The notes under the pieces: model-generated
Seen by the model: the letters and a program-made list of their open reading frames with translations, nothing else
Told to the model about the DNA's origin: nothing
The model's database searches: none
IMG/VR virus record: IMGVR_UViG_3300005253_001115
Coordinates: 1-64,000 of that record
Direction: 5' to 3' (one strand)
DNA: 64,000 nt
Shown: one piece after another, positions 41,942-52,310 of the stretch
How positions within the stretch are numbered: the stretch's first letter is position 1
Layout: the number at the start of each line of letters is the position of its first letter
Made by a program: the position numbers and the translations under genes

Positions 41942-42940
41942 CTATGTCTGCCCGACAGGTACGTTCACATAGGGTTCGAACGTCTGGACCAATCTGAGGG
42001 TCGTGTCGTGGCTCGTGAGGATGTTCAGGGGCCTGTTCGGGCTGGAATCGACCACTTTCCACAGCTCTTGGTCCCGACAGCGGAAAACGAAGTCCTCCAC
42101 GCCCACTTTGGGGACACTGCTGTCAAAAAAGGCCGTGATAGTTTGCCAGGAGTCGTAGATTCCGAACTCCGCCAGGGTGATACTCTCCCTATCTCGGGGG
42201 AGGTCAATCCGAATGCGAAGATCGTCCATCAGCTTGGACCGCAGGAAGAAATGAGACATGATGGGGTTCGCGTCACTTAGGGTTGCCCGAGAGAACTCAA
42301 ACCGGAATGTGAGCTTCTGGTCGCCGATTCTGGCGTTTAGGCTAGCGTAAGTGACCGGAACAAAATCGGTTTCGTCGGCTGACTTGACGAAAGCTTCGAT
42401 GCTGTTGTTCTGGGTTATCGTAGTCGATCTCACGACCATCTTGAAGACATCGGCAATCCCAAGGGATTGGCGGATCGCTACGTCGGCCTCAATATACCCT
42501 TCCAGGGCGGTATCGTCCAGTCCCAGGAGCACTGGGCGGGCCTGTAGCTCGAAAAGGGGTCTTACATTAACACATCGGAGGCTGGGGTGGGTCACGTCGA
42601 TGGTCAGATCGGTCGTGCCGAACTTCGAGTAACCACCAACGATTCCGGTTCCGTAGCAGATCTGGCACTGTCCGTCCGGGGAAGATTCCACGATGAAGCA
42701 GGAGCAGCGACGGCCTGTCAGTTTACGCTGGAAAAACAGCGTGTCCACCCGGTCTACAGAGAGAGCATCGCGGGTACGAGACTGGATTCTAGGAATCAGA
42801 TCTAGAAGTGCAACTTGGTGCGGATAATCCTCTTTTGCTTGGGTTTTGTCGAAGACGTGATTGTCTCGATTGACCTGATGAGCATCGGTCGTGCGGACGT
42901 TATCGGCTTTTCTGAGCATACGCGCCTCCCCTGAAGACAT
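41942..42940 (-). CDS. putative head-completion/neck protein
   Basis: GRRCSC...CQICYGTGIVGGY motif; function inferred from context. Confidence 0.5.
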   Translation of the reverse strand: MSSGEARMLRKADNVRTTDAHQVNRDNHVFDKTQAKEDYPHQVALLDLIPRIQSRTRDALSVDRVDTLFFQRKLTGRRCSCFIVESSPDGQCQICYGTGIVGGYSKFGTTDLTIDVTHPSLRCVNVRPLFELQARPVLLGLDDTALEGYIEADVAIRQSLGIADVFKMVVRSTTITQNNSIEAFVKSADETDFVPVTYASLNARIGDQKLTFRFEFSRATLSDANPIMSHFFLRSKLMDDLRIRIDLPRDRESITLAEFGIYDSWQTITAFFDSSVPKVGVEDFVFRCRDQELWKVVDSSPNRPLNILTSHDTTLRLVQTFEPYVNVPVGQT

Positions 42941-42969
42941 AAGTTATCTCTAGGGTGGAGGAGTGTGTC

Positions 42970-43356
42970 GTGTCCCAACCCAAGTTCTTCAGAGCCGACG
43001 ATGACGAGGAGGAGGGAGAGCGCCCTAAGCCCGCTCCCGGCGACTGGTTCGGCACTTCAGACCAGAAATTCCGTGCAAAGACCCCTACGTTCTCGTTCAC
43101 GAACGGGCTTGACCCTCACGGAACAGACGGCTGGCGCGATTTCTTCAAAGGGAGTCAGCCACGAGACCCGCTGTGGAACCCTCTGCTGTCGCCAGACAAG
43201 AAAGCAGAGACGATCCGGTTTCGAGACAAGAACTCAGACCGAGAGGAGATGATCTGGGTTCTTGAACACGCTGCCGAGATATTTGAAGCGGGAGGTCACA
43301 CTGACCTAGCTGCTGAGTGCGAAACGCTTTGCGAGCTGGCATATTTGGAGGACTAG
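42970..43356 (+). CDS. hypothetical protein
   Basis: GGAGGAG RBS. Confidence 0.6.
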   Translation: MSQPKFFRADDDEEEGERPKPAPGDWFGTSDQKFRAKTPTFSFTNGLDPHGTDGWRDFFKGSQPRDPLWNPLLSPDKKAETIRFRDKNSDREEMIWVLEHAAEIFEAGGHTDLAAECETLCELAYLED

Positions 43357-43358
43357 AA

Positions 43359-43721
43359 ATGAAGGCTAGATATTTGATTCCCGCCATGCTGGCGGTTCTT
43401 TTCATGAGTAGCGGTTGTATTACACATTACGATCCGATCTCTATCGAGCAGCTTTCCCAGAAGAACCAGCAGGTGACTTCGATTACCGAGTCGGTGTGCG
43501 AGGACTTCTACGCCGGGGCGCATGCCTTTGGCGAGGGCCCCGAGCGCGCGTACCCCTGGCTTGGCCGGGCTCGCGAGGTAGATGACGCGAATGTGGTCAT
43601 GCGCAAACAGGGTGTAGTATGCTACTCGTCTACTACTAGAGATCTTTCATCTGACGGCGAGAATCGACTCTTGAACGCTTTCAAGCGTACTTGGCGCAGC
43701 GCTGAGGAGGTCATCAAGTAA
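43359..43721 (+). CDS. lipoprotein
   Basis: Signal peptide with lipobox MSSG-C. Confidence 0.65.
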   Translation: MKARYLIPAMLAVLFMSSGCITHYDPISIEQLSQKNQQVTSITESVCEDFYAGAHAFGEGPERAYPWLGRAREVDDANVVMRKQGVVCYSSTTRDLSSDGENRLLNAFKRTWRSAEEVIK

Positions 43722-44215
43722 TGAAGTGGTTAATCGAAGCTATCAAGACTCTTATCGCTTACCTGTCTGTAGAGTCTAAGAAATCCAACAATCCTGTGAC
43801 GGATATTACGAACTTCCTGGGCGACAAGGCTGTGAAGCTAGGGGGCGTTACTGGCGTTCTGGCGAGCTTTGGGGCTGAAATTGGCGGGGCTGCTATCAAC
43901 GAAGCGATTGCTTTCGTGAAGACCCACAAGACAACGCTCTTCCAGATGACGAAGAAGGAGATGAAGTACCTGTGGGGCAACATCTTCAAGAACAAGGGTG
44001 AGTTCGATGAGAAGGCGTACAAAGCATTCGTCGCCGGGCTCGATGAAGAACTATTGATCGCCGAGGCCGAGGCTAATGCTGACGCCATGGGAAAGATCGC
44101 AGATCGCGTTGCCAAAAAGAAAGAGCTGGCTGTGGACCTGAAGCACAAGCTTAGCGTGCTGGCCCGGTTCGCTTTGGCCAAGGCAATCAGCATCGCGTCT
44201 CACGGGATACTCTAA
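43721..44215 (+). CDS. hypothetical helical protein
   Basis: TAATG overlap. Confidence 0.65.
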   Translation: MKWLIEAIKTLIAYLSVESKKSNNPVTDITNFLGDKAVKLGGVTGVLASFGAEIGGAAINEAIAFVKTHKTTLFQMTKKEMKYLWGNIFKNKGEFDEKAYKAFVAGLDEELLIAEAEANADAMGKIADRVAKKKELAVDLKHKLSVLARFALAKAISIASHGIL

Positions 44216-44216
44216 G

Positions 44217-44768
44217 CTATTTGGACGACTTCTTTCGGACCCGAGCTTTCTTGGGCTCTCGACCAACGAAGGGGTAGCGCTTCAATCGCTTCACACGCTT
44301 GAGAAGCTTCCCCTTTTCGTTTAGCTTTCCTTCCATCGTATACACAGCAATGGCGAGCGCGTCGGCCTCGTGTACACTGAGGTGGTTGAAATGCGATTTC
44401 ATGGTCTCGACCCTACCGTAGCGGCTGTTCAGGTAGTTCTTCCACGAAGCGGAAGTAATTAGCTCTGTGGGGATTCCTCTGCTAGAGTTTACCGTGCAGA
44501 GAATACCCAGCATGATGTTGATGTACTCGCCCACCACTCCGCCGTTGCTTCCGGGTCTGGCCATGAATCTCTCCGCCACGACCAGATCAGGCTTGTGCTT
44601 CTCCAACAGAGTAAAATAGCGGTTCCTGAAGCCCTTCGATTCCTTCTCGAAAGCATCCCGCTTCAAGTCCTTGATGCACAGGATGTAACCCGCTTCCAGA
44701 ACCTTCGTGTCCTCCATTACGGCGAACGCGAAATTTATCTTGCCTGGGTCTAGTGCTAGGATCTTCAT
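44217..44768 (-). CDS. ruvC: RuvC-like Holliday junction resolvase
   Basis: ILALDPG, VVAER, SASWK, HEADALAIA. Confidence 0.8.
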   Translation of the reverse strand: MKILALDPGKINFAFAVMEDTKVLEAGYILCIKDLKRDAFEKESKGFRNRYFTLLEKHKPDLVVAERFMARPGSNGGVVGEYINIMLGILCTVNSSRGIPTELITSASWKNYLNSRYGRVETMKSHFNHLSVHEADALAIAVYTMEGKLNEKGKLLKRVKRLKRYPFVGREPKKARVRKKSSK

Positions 44769-44853
44769 GTGATGGTTATCCAGCCCGGTTTGACACTCAT
44801 ACTAAAGATAACCGTAGGGGTGGGGTACTTTTGATTACACTCTTGGAGAAAGA

Positions 44854-45453
44854 ATGTCAGGAAAATCAGTAGCTTCAGAGCTGGGGCAAATTCTTCGCAG
44901 CCTGCCCCAGATGAACGCTGAGGAACGAGAGATCGCAGTAGAGCGGCTGGCAATTTTCGGGGTAGAACCCCCAGAGGGTCCTGTGCGTCGTCCGGGCGTG
45001 GAGTGCCCTTTTACGCAAATGCAGGTCGTAAGTCCCTGTAATTTAACGAAATGCAAGTATCACATTGAAAACGAGTGGTCTAGGAACTGCCTACTGGAGT
45101 ACCTTGAGGTGCAAGGTAGCGAGTCTCTGGCTGTGGAGGAGATTGCGTTCCTGTATAGCACCCCAACCGAGAAAGTCGAAGGCGTAATTAAGCAAGCGAT
45201 GCTGCAACTACGCGAAAACTCTAAGGAAACTATGGGTATCGTGGGGGGCTTTGAGAAGTCCGAGACACCCGATATTCAGGTGAATTTGGAAGAGGATGAC
45301 GATTTCGTCATTACTGCCGCGACCTTAGCGCCCCAGTTCCTAGAAAAGGTGAATGTTGCTCTGGAATCGGCCGCGCCTGCGGCTGACGTTTTCAACCACC
45401 CCGCCATTAGACTTTTGGGCATACTTGACACTATTATTGGCGAACTAGACTAA
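44854..45453 (+). CDS. protein with Cys cluster and sigma region-4-like HTH
   Basis: SLAVEEIAFLYSTPTEKVEGVIKQAMLQLR. Confidence 0.55.
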   Translation: MSGKSVASELGQILRSLPQMNAEEREIAVERLAIFGVEPPEGPVRRPGVECPFTQMQVVSPCNLTKCKYHIENEWSRNCLLEYLEVQGSESLAVEEIAFLYSTPTEKVEGVIKQAMLQLRENSKETMGIVGGFEKSETPDIQVNLEEDDDFVITAATLAPQFLEKVNVALESAAPAADVFNHPAIRLLGILDTIIGELD

Positions 45454-45510
45454 GAAGAGACCTTATTATCTACATGTAGGAGTCTAACGCACTTGCGGGG
45501 AGAGAACTGT

Positions 45511-46311
45511 ATGTCTAATTCCGACAACTCGATTGATCGAGAGCAGCGAATGCTAGCTCGCCTTCGAGGTAAGATGGCCAGCAAGGTAGGACACCGGGCT
45601 GATCTGTACCTCGGTGATTACCGAACCATCAACCAGACCACGGCCCAGATCCTCATTGGTTACGGAGACCGTTTTGGCATTCCCACGGGAAATGACCTCA
45701 CGGATTTCATGGTCAAGAGTTTCGCTGGACAGATTGTCCCGCAAATGGCAACCGCCAAGGTCCACGGTGATATCGAAGCAATTTCGGTTGTAGCTGAGAT
45801 CTACCGCCCCACTCGTCGTCTCGAAGAGGCGAACTCGATGACGGCCATCGCCAGCACCCAGTATGTCGATTCCGATATGGGAGAGACCTGGGAAGTGATG
45901 GGAGACGAGGAAACCAAGTACCTCGCTCGTGTCATGAAGGACGACATTGGGGCGATTCTTCAGGAGCGCCGCAACCGGATGACATCGCAGTTCACCGGCA
46001 AGGTCTGTCTAGCTAACGCGCTATCGGCTGGTATCAATCAGGTCGAGCAGGGCGCTCTGGTCCGCTTCTACTGGAACAGCTCAGTCCTACAGGGCGAGGT
46101 TACCCAGGTTCAGGAGAATGGCATCAAGATCAACGCCGAGGATGGCGGCACCTTCACGGTGCCCCGCGAGGCGGTGACTGAGGTTCTTCGCTGGAGCAGC
46201 AAGACCGAGAACAACCTGAAGGAAACCCTTGGCGATTATTTCGAAAAAGCCTACGGTTTCGAGGATTACGGTCAGCAGCTAGCGAGAGACCTTAACGGCA
46301 GGTACAGATAG
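45511..46311 (+). CDS. putative virion protein
   Basis: 266 aa, head module context. Confidence 0.6.
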   Translation: MSNSDNSIDREQRMLARLRGKMASKVGHRADLYLGDYRTINQTTAQILIGYGDRFGIPTGNDLTDFMVKSFAGQIVPQMATAKVHGDIEAISVVAEIYRPTRRLEEANSMTAIASTQYVDSDMGETWEVMGDEETKYLARVMKDDIGAILQERRNRMTSQFTGKVCLANALSAGINQVEQGALVRFYWNSSVLQGEVTQVQENGIKINAEDGGTFTVPREAVTEVLRWSSKTENNLKETLGDYFEKAYGFEDYGQQLARDLNGRYR

Positions 46312-46334
46312 ACTTCTTAGGGACAGGGAACACC

Positions 46335-46871
46335 ATGTCCGATGAGCGAGCTTTATCTAAGCCCCCTATTCTGCCTAAGGTTCCGACGGTTGATGAGCCT
46401 CCGCAACTCTCTCCCATTCCCCCGGTGGAGTTGCTTGATCGTCCTGACCTCTCAGACCAGAAGCTAGAGAACCGCCCAGAAATGGACGACTCTTTGCGCG
46501 GTAAGCGTGGGGGTGAGTTCAAGTCACCCTATATGCACAACCTACGCCGGGACCCGTCTCGCCAAAAGCGTGAAGATACGGAGCAGAGAGATCAGCTCCA
46601 CGATCTAAGGAAGCAGCGCAAAGAGATCGACAAGCAGATCAACGATATCCGAAATCAGGATACTAGGATCAACCCCTACAACGTCAATACACATGTAGCG
46701 ATTACGACCGATGCTATCATTGCCGACTTGCGTAACATGGAGCAATCACCGTGGAGCGGCGAGCTTAGCACGCAGCGTGGCTACTCTCCGCTGCATACGT
46801 TGTTCAACGACCAGTTCAGCGTGTCAGAAGAAGATGAGGAGTGGGAAAATGAACTACTTCTTGACTGCTGA
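46335..46871 (+). CDS. hypothetical protein
   Basis: 178 aa. Confidence 0.65.
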   Translation: MSDERALSKPPILPKVPTVDEPPQLSPIPPVELLDRPDLSDQKLENRPEMDDSLRGKRGGEFKSPYMHNLRRDPSRQKREDTEQRDQLHDLRKQRKEIDKQINDIRNQDTRINPYNVNTHVAITTDAIIADLRNMEQSPWSGELSTQRGYSPLHTLFNDQFSVSEEDEEWENELLLDC

Positions 46872-47196
46872 TGACATTAAGACTGGGCGGAAGTGCCTTC
46901 TTAACGGAAGGATCGTAACACCTATTGGCATGCGCGGACGCAAAGTAAAGCTTGCTGAGGACGGACAGTGGCATCTCCACACTTTACTACAACCTCTTAC
47001 GCAGGACCAGATACGAGAAGAACTAATCTCCACAATGGCTGATTTGGTAGAGGGCAAGAGCATCTCCACCATGAAGGCTAAAGGGAGGGGAGTGGAGTTT
47101 GTTCTTAATGACAATACACGGGTAGGGCTTACTATCACTGCGGGAGAAAATCTGGAGCTTAGCGTGCTCGATTCCGACGGCAAAAGGATACTGTAG
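46849..47196 (+). CDS. hypothetical protein
   Basis: RBS plus ATG 46849. Confidence 0.6.
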   Translation: MNYFLTADDIKTGRKCLLNGRIVTPIGMRGRKVKLAEDGQWHLHTLLQPLTQDQIREELISTMADLVEGKSISTMKAKGRGVEFVLNDNTRVGLTITAGENLELSVLDSDGKRIL

Positions 47197-47826
47197 ATGC
47201 CCAGACCCAAAAGGACGCCGAAGGACAAAGACGCAGCCTCGGAGGCTCTACTGGACAACCTCACGAAAAAGGGTCAGGTCAAGGAAGAGCGTGACGAAGC
47301 TAACGATGACCCGTTTCTAGACCAAGACGGTGACATGCGTGTAGTCCCAACAAATGCGGATCTGTCGGGTCTGGTTTCGGACGAAGCCTCTATTAACTCT
47401 CTCCCGTTCAAAGAAATTCTCCGAAGAAATCTACAGGTTACACTGCGCGCCACCGAAATGGCCGAACTTGCTTACCACGCCAATCCTCGGCAGGGTACTG
47501 CTACAGCCCTAACCTCGATGCAGAATTTGGCAACGGATCTCATCAAGGCCATCGAGGAGCGTCAAGATCCTATGGACTTGGCTTCTGAGGTTGAGGAAGC
47601 TGTTATCCAGCCCATGATTGCAGAGTTCATCAAGATTCTAACGTCCGAGGCTGAGCGCAAGCGTTCCGCTTTGATGGCTATTACACCCGCCGAGAATGCT
47701 GGTGTCGTTTCACACGAGATGCGGGATCTTCTGGCAGGCATCAGAGGTGGTATGGACGAAGCATACGATGATGGTCGCCGAAAGCTAGAAGACCTCCTGT
47801 GCTCCAAGATCAAGAAGACTAAGTAA
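47197..47826 (+). CDS. putative terminase small subunit
   Basis: Helical 209 aa directly upstream of TerL; positional inference. Confidence 0.4.
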   Translation: MPRPKRTPKDKDAASEALLDNLTKKGQVKEERDEANDDPFLDQDGDMRVVPTNADLSGLVSDEASINSLPFKEILRRNLQVTLRATEMAELAYHANPRQGTATALTSMQNLATDLIKAIEERQDPMDLASEVEEAVIQPMIAEFIKILTSEAERKRSALMAITPAENAGVVSHEMRDLLAGIRGGMDEAYDDGRRKLEDLLCSKIKKTK

Positions 47827-49820
47827 TGGCGAAGGCTGCGGCAGAACAATGGTCACCGTCAAGTATGGTGGATGCGGCCCTGGCTTCTGACCTTGACCCT
47901 GGAATTTTCTCTACCATTGATGAGGGAGATGTACCCAAGTCTGGGAACTTTCTTGACTTCTGCATTAACAAGAAGTTCCTTAACGTACTGCCCTACCCCA
48001 GACAGGTCGAAGTGGGACTAATGTTCTTCGAGGAATATTGTCCCGACTGCTCGAACCCTGCTTGGCTTTTTGGTGACGAACGGGATCTAGATCTGTTCGA
48101 CCAACCAATGGGAGAGATCCTAGAAAACATCAAATTGCTTGAGTTTGGCGTGTGCCCTAAATGCGGGCAGAATCGTAATGACTTCGTAAAGAAGGGATAC
48201 TTCCATAACCCATACGAACTGGCTGGATGCGCTGGACAGCGTTCCGGCAAGTCCGCAGTTATCGCCATGATTGCTGCCTATGTCCTTCATAGGTATTTGT
48301 GCATTCCTGATCCTATTCGCACCTTAGGTCTGCTGTCGTCCTCTCAGCTATACATGAGTATGACCGCCATTTCCGCCGGTCAGGCCGAAGCGTCCTTGTG
48401 GACTCCCTTCAAGGAATACGTCGATCAGGCTCCTTGGTTTGTGGAGTACCACAAGCTTCTAGCTGATACAGGAGAGCGTCTAGGGACGGAACTACTACAT
48501 CGACCTAGAACATTCCTCGTGTACCAACACAAGCGCATCGCTTGTATGTACGAAGCACCTAATAAGCGTCGTCTTCGTGGTAAGACTCGTTTCTTCACTG
48601 CAATTGATGAGATCGGATGGATGGAGGCGGATGCCGCCAAGCAGTCTGTAACTATGTCTGCTGACGAAATTTCCGCTTCTCTAGACAACTCTTTGCGAAC
48701 CGTCCGATCTATGGTCGAGACCCTGCGCGAAAAGCGTAATCTCTTCAACCTACCAGACGGCTACGCCTGCAACATCTCCAGCCCCTCCGACAAGAACGAC
48801 CGTATCATGCGGTCTGTGCGTTCCGCTCGCACCAATCGGAAGATCTACGCTTACCATTACCCGACCTGGGAAGCAAACCCATTCATTTCCCGTGCCAGCC
48901 TACAGCCCGAGTACGACAAGAGCAAGATGGTGGCCGAACGAGATTTCGGTGCCGTACCCCCGTTGGCAAATGATCCGTTCATTGACAACCCGAATTGCGT
49001 CGATCTTATGATCGTGCCGGATCACAAGCACAATCTGATTCAAGTCAAGATGGCATATAACACGGACGACTTTGGCAACAAGACGAAGTACGCCTCCGTG
49101 AAGGTCCCACACATCGACAAGCGAAAGCCTAGAATGCTTCTCGTGGATGCTGGAGAGAAGCGTAATCACTTTGCCGTTATGCTTATGACCTGGGACACGA
49201 AGATGAACCGTGCCCGAGTCGATTACGTTTTCGATGTTCCGCCGGAGGAGGGTATTCCGATCAATTTCGCTTTGATGTGGGAGCACTGCTTCCTACCGCT
49301 GGTACAGGGCTTGCTCATCAAGCACATGTTCTCGGATACATGGAACAGCACGGACTTGGTACAGAAGCTCCGACAGCACAAGGTAATGTCAGAGCAATAC
49401 ACTTTGAAATTCATGGACTTAATAGAGATAGCTGCACGTCTAAGCTCCGGCGAGCTGATGCTACCGAAGCCCGAGCTTCCCGTAGAGGATCTGAGGCTGA
49501 CCTACGAGAATCCGACCGAGTTCGTAGACGGGAAGCCCATTCTTGGTCTGATTTTACAGATGTTGACGGTTAGGCAGGTAGGACGACGGGTCGTAAAGCC
49601 AGTAAATGGCGAAGATGATATGTTCCGAGCCTTGGCTTTGGGCATGTATCACATCATCCGACCGGAGATCAAGAGGATCTACGCTGTGGATGCCGCAGGC
49701 GGGGCTGGTGGCAATCTGGGGGTTATCTCTAGTAGGAGTGCGGGGTCTGCCGGAATTGACCCAAGAAAACGCACATCAGGCGCTATTTTAGCGACAAAGC
49801 GCGGTTATCGCAACCGATAG
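47826..49820 (+). CDS. terL: terminase large subunit
   Basis: PYPRQ Q-motif, GQRSGKS Walker A, AIDE Walker B, ISSP, nuclease LVDAG..DD. Confidence 0.9.
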   Translation: MAKAAAEQWSPSSMVDAALASDLDPGIFSTIDEGDVPKSGNFLDFCINKKFLNVLPYPRQVEVGLMFFEEYCPDCSNPAWLFGDERDLDLFDQPMGEILENIKLLEFGVCPKCGQNRNDFVKKGYFHNPYELAGCAGQRSGKSAVIAMIAAYVLHRYLCIPDPIRTLGLLSSSQLYMSMTAISAGQAEASLWTPFKEYVDQAPWFVEYHKLLADTGERLGTELLHRPRTFLVYQHKRIACMYEAPNKRRLRGKTRFFTAIDEIGWMEADAAKQSVTMSADEISASLDNSLRTVRSMVETLREKRNLFNLPDGYACNISSPSDKNDRIMRSVRSARTNRKIYAYHYPTWEANPFISRASLQPEYDKSKMVAERDFGAVPPLANDPFIDNPNCVDLMIVPDHKHNLIQVKMAYNTDDFGNKTKYASVKVPHIDKRKPRMLLVDAGEKRNHFAVMLMTWDTKMNRARVDYVFDVPPEEGIPINFALMWEHCFLPLVQGLLIKHMFSDTWNSTDLVQKLRQHKVMSEQYTLKFMDLIEIAARLSSGELMLPKPELPVEDLRLTYENPTEFVDGKPILGLILQMLTVRQVGRRVVKPVNGEDDMFRALALGMYHIIRPEIKRIYAVDAAGGAGGNLGVISSRSAGSAGIDPRKRTSGAILATKRGYRNR

Positions 49821-49830
49821 GAGGGCTCTC

Positions 49831-50142
49831 GTGGACGATTTCGTATCCAAGGTAGCGCAAAGACTAAAGCTTTCTAAGGACCAGACACGTAAACTTCGCA
49901 CCACTGCGCAGGTTGCGGGTGTTGACTCCGAGAAGAAAGTGGAGGCTGTTCTAGCAGGTATTCAGCGGGGCGAGGCTAATGTTGCTGCGGCGAATCAGGC
50001 CCTTGTTCAGCCGGTGGAGTATCCGTCTCGCGTAGACGAATGTCCGATCTGCTATGCACGGATGACACCTGTAACCATTGCTGGCGCGAGACCTGCGTTC
50101 TTTTGCCCCGTCCACAACGTCTGCATGCCGACGACCGAGTAA
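49831..50142 (+). CDS. small zinc-ribbon protein
   Basis: CPIC...FFCPVH. Confidence 0.65.
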   Translation: MDDFVSKVAQRLKLSKDQTRKLRTTAQVAGVDSEKKVEAVLAGIQRGEANVAAANQALVQPVEYPSRVDECPICYARMTPVTIAGARPAFFCPVHNVCMPTTE

Positions 50143-50145
50143 TCA

Positions 50146-52170
50146 ATGAAGTTTCATTTTGGACAAGGACGCGCCCGGACACCCCACGGAAGCCCCGGGG
50201 GGCGTATTGGCAAGACCAGGACTGCAACTGCTGGTGTTAGTAGTGGTAGTGGCATTGGTCCCGGCAGCGGTGGTGGTGGCGGAGGTTCAGGCTTCGGCGG
50301 AGGCGGAAACTATGATGTTTCTCGCTTCAATCCTGTCCACGACAATCTAGAAATTGGATCGGTAATTGAAGATTGGATGCCCCGAGACCAAACTGGTCTC
50401 AACCAGATGTGGCGTCTGATTTATTTGCGCGACGCAATTGTTGGTCCGGCAGTCGATCTCTACTCCAACCTGCCGTACTCTGAGTGCAGGTTGACGGGTA
50501 TTGACGATCCGGCTATCATGCGCGTCTATCAGGATACCATGGAGCGCCTGGACATCGTAACGATGATGCCAGAGCTGGTCCGTGAATTCCTCATGATTGG
50601 GCGATTCTGCTCATCCCTCATCTTCGACCGGCGTCAGGGCGTGTTCACGGACTGGACCACCCACGACCCGGACTTCCTGCGCATCGAGCCCATCCCTGTT
50701 CGTGGCTTCGACCCCAAGATTGACCTTGTAGCGTCTCCGGCGCTAAAGAACTTTCTCCATTCTATGGACCCACGGGACATGGCGGTAAGAGACAACCTCC
50801 CGCTTGAGTTCTTCGATGAGTTCGAGAAGACGGGGACCTACAAGCTGAATCCTCTGAACACCTTGTTTGTGCCACGGCGCGCGAACCCCTACGATTACGT
50901 CGGTACGTCGTTCTTGACCCGTATCGTTAGTTTTTGGGCATTGGAGAAGTCTCTCATCGAGAGCACAGTAACCAATGCCCGACGCCGCACACGTTCTATC
51001 CTTCACGTCACAGCGGGCCTTGACAACATGTGGGAGCCCACAGAAGACGAGTTGGAGGCTATATCCGGTCTATTTATCCAGGCTGACGAGGACCCGGTAG
51101 GCGCTGTTGTAACCACCCGCACAGGTGTCGAGACTAACGAGGTCAAGGCGGGTATGGACTTCTGGAAACTCTCCGATGAGTGGGCCTTTCTTACAGAGGG
51201 CAAGATGCGCGCCCTCGGTATCTCGGACGCCTTTCTTAGTGGTGACGCGACCTACAATAACATGGAGACCGCCCTGTCGGTGTTTATGGAGTCTCTACGG
51301 ACCCTGCGAGCCTACATGGACCGTCGCGTCTTCTACGAGAAGGTCTTTGCCACTATCGCCCGTGTTCACGGATTCATCAAGCCCGATGCCAGAAGTCGCC
51401 ATCTCCGAGGCCCACGTATTGGTCAGACGCTAGAGTACAAGAACGCTATCAAGATCCCCCGCGAAGACCTTCTCATGCCAAAGATCGTCTGGGACAAGAA
51501 GCTCCAGCCCGAAGGCGATATGAACTTCCTTGAGATGCTTCAGTCAGCCGATGACGCTGGCGTTCCGGTCACGTTGAAGCAGTGGGCCTCTGGTGCCGGT
51601 CTCAACCTAGAAGAGATGATGGAAGAGTTGGAAGAGGACTCTCGCTACCGCAAGATGACAGCGGAGTGGCGCAAGCAGTTCACGGGAGACCAAGCCCTAG
51701 AGCAGGAAGTGATGTCCAGCCTTGGACTCCGCTCGATCCCTGTGTGGGACGATCAGCACAACTTTCTGATATTGTCCTCTGACGAGGCCCTAGACGTTAT
51801 TGAGCACTTCACAAAGAGCCGACGTAATCTAGCCAAGCTCCGCAGTCCCGACGAAACCATGCGCACAATTAGTAGCCTGTTGGACGGAAATTCTATGAAG
51901 ACTGAGCTTATGGGTTATCTTCTAAGGCGGCTAGGAATCGGTAAAGCCCTCCCTATGGAGGACAATACCTACGAGGCTATTTCCGAGCACCTGTTCAAGA
52001 TTGGTACACAAACGGAGAGCGGCAAAAAGAAGAAGGCGGTACACGCTGAGTTCGAGACATTGGCGAAGATGATGACACCTCAGTTTTCCGACGGAGAGAA
52101 GAGCAAGCTTCTCGCCACGGCGACTAGGGATGTCTCACCGTTCTCTGCAAGTTCCGTGACGGGGAGTTAA
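50146..52170 (+). CDS. portal protein
   Basis: Follows TerL; size and KMRALGISDAFLSGDATYNN portal-like segment. Confidence 0.8.
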   Translation: MKFHFGQGRARTPHGSPGGRIGKTRTATAGVSSGSGIGPGSGGGGGGSGFGGGGNYDVSRFNPVHDNLEIGSVIEDWMPRDQTGLNQMWRLIYLRDAIVGPAVDLYSNLPYSECRLTGIDDPAIMRVYQDTMERLDIVTMMPELVREFLMIGRFCSSLIFDRRQGVFTDWTTHDPDFLRIEPIPVRGFDPKIDLVASPALKNFLHSMDPRDMAVRDNLPLEFFDEFEKTGTYKLNPLNTLFVPRRANPYDYVGTSFLTRIVSFWALEKSLIESTVTNARRRTRSILHVTAGLDNMWEPTEDELEAISGLFIQADEDPVGAVVTTRTGVETNEVKAGMDFWKLSDEWAFLTEGKMRALGISDAFLSGDATYNNMETALSVFMESLRTLRAYMDRRVFYEKVFATIARVHGFIKPDARSRHLRGPRIGQTLEYKNAIKIPREDLLMPKIVWDKKLQPEGDMNFLEMLQSADDAGVPVTLKQWASGAGLNLEEMMEELEEDSRYRKMTAEWRKQFTGDQALEQEVMSSLGLRSIPVWDDQHNFLILSSDEALDVIEHFTKSRRNLAKLRSPDETMRTISSLLDGNSMKTELMGYLLRRLGIGKALPMEDNTYEAISEHLFKIGTQTESGKKKKAVHAEFETLAKMMTPQFSDGEKSKLLATATRDVSPFSASSVTGS

Positions 52171-52171
52171 C

Positions 52172-52310
52172 ATGCGAATTTGTAGTATAGACGGATGTGA
52201 GCGCAAGCATTATTTACAAAGAATTGAAGAGGTGCGAAATGGTATGTTCTAACTGCCATCGAATGAGAACGTATTCTAGATATGAGCAGCTTGAGCTTGG
52301 GGGGCTCTAA
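52172..52310 (+). pseudogene. internally deleted HNH paralog of 35120-35725
   Basis: MRICSIDGCERKHY joined out of frame to KELKRCEMVCSNCHRMRTYSRY. Confidence 0.8.
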
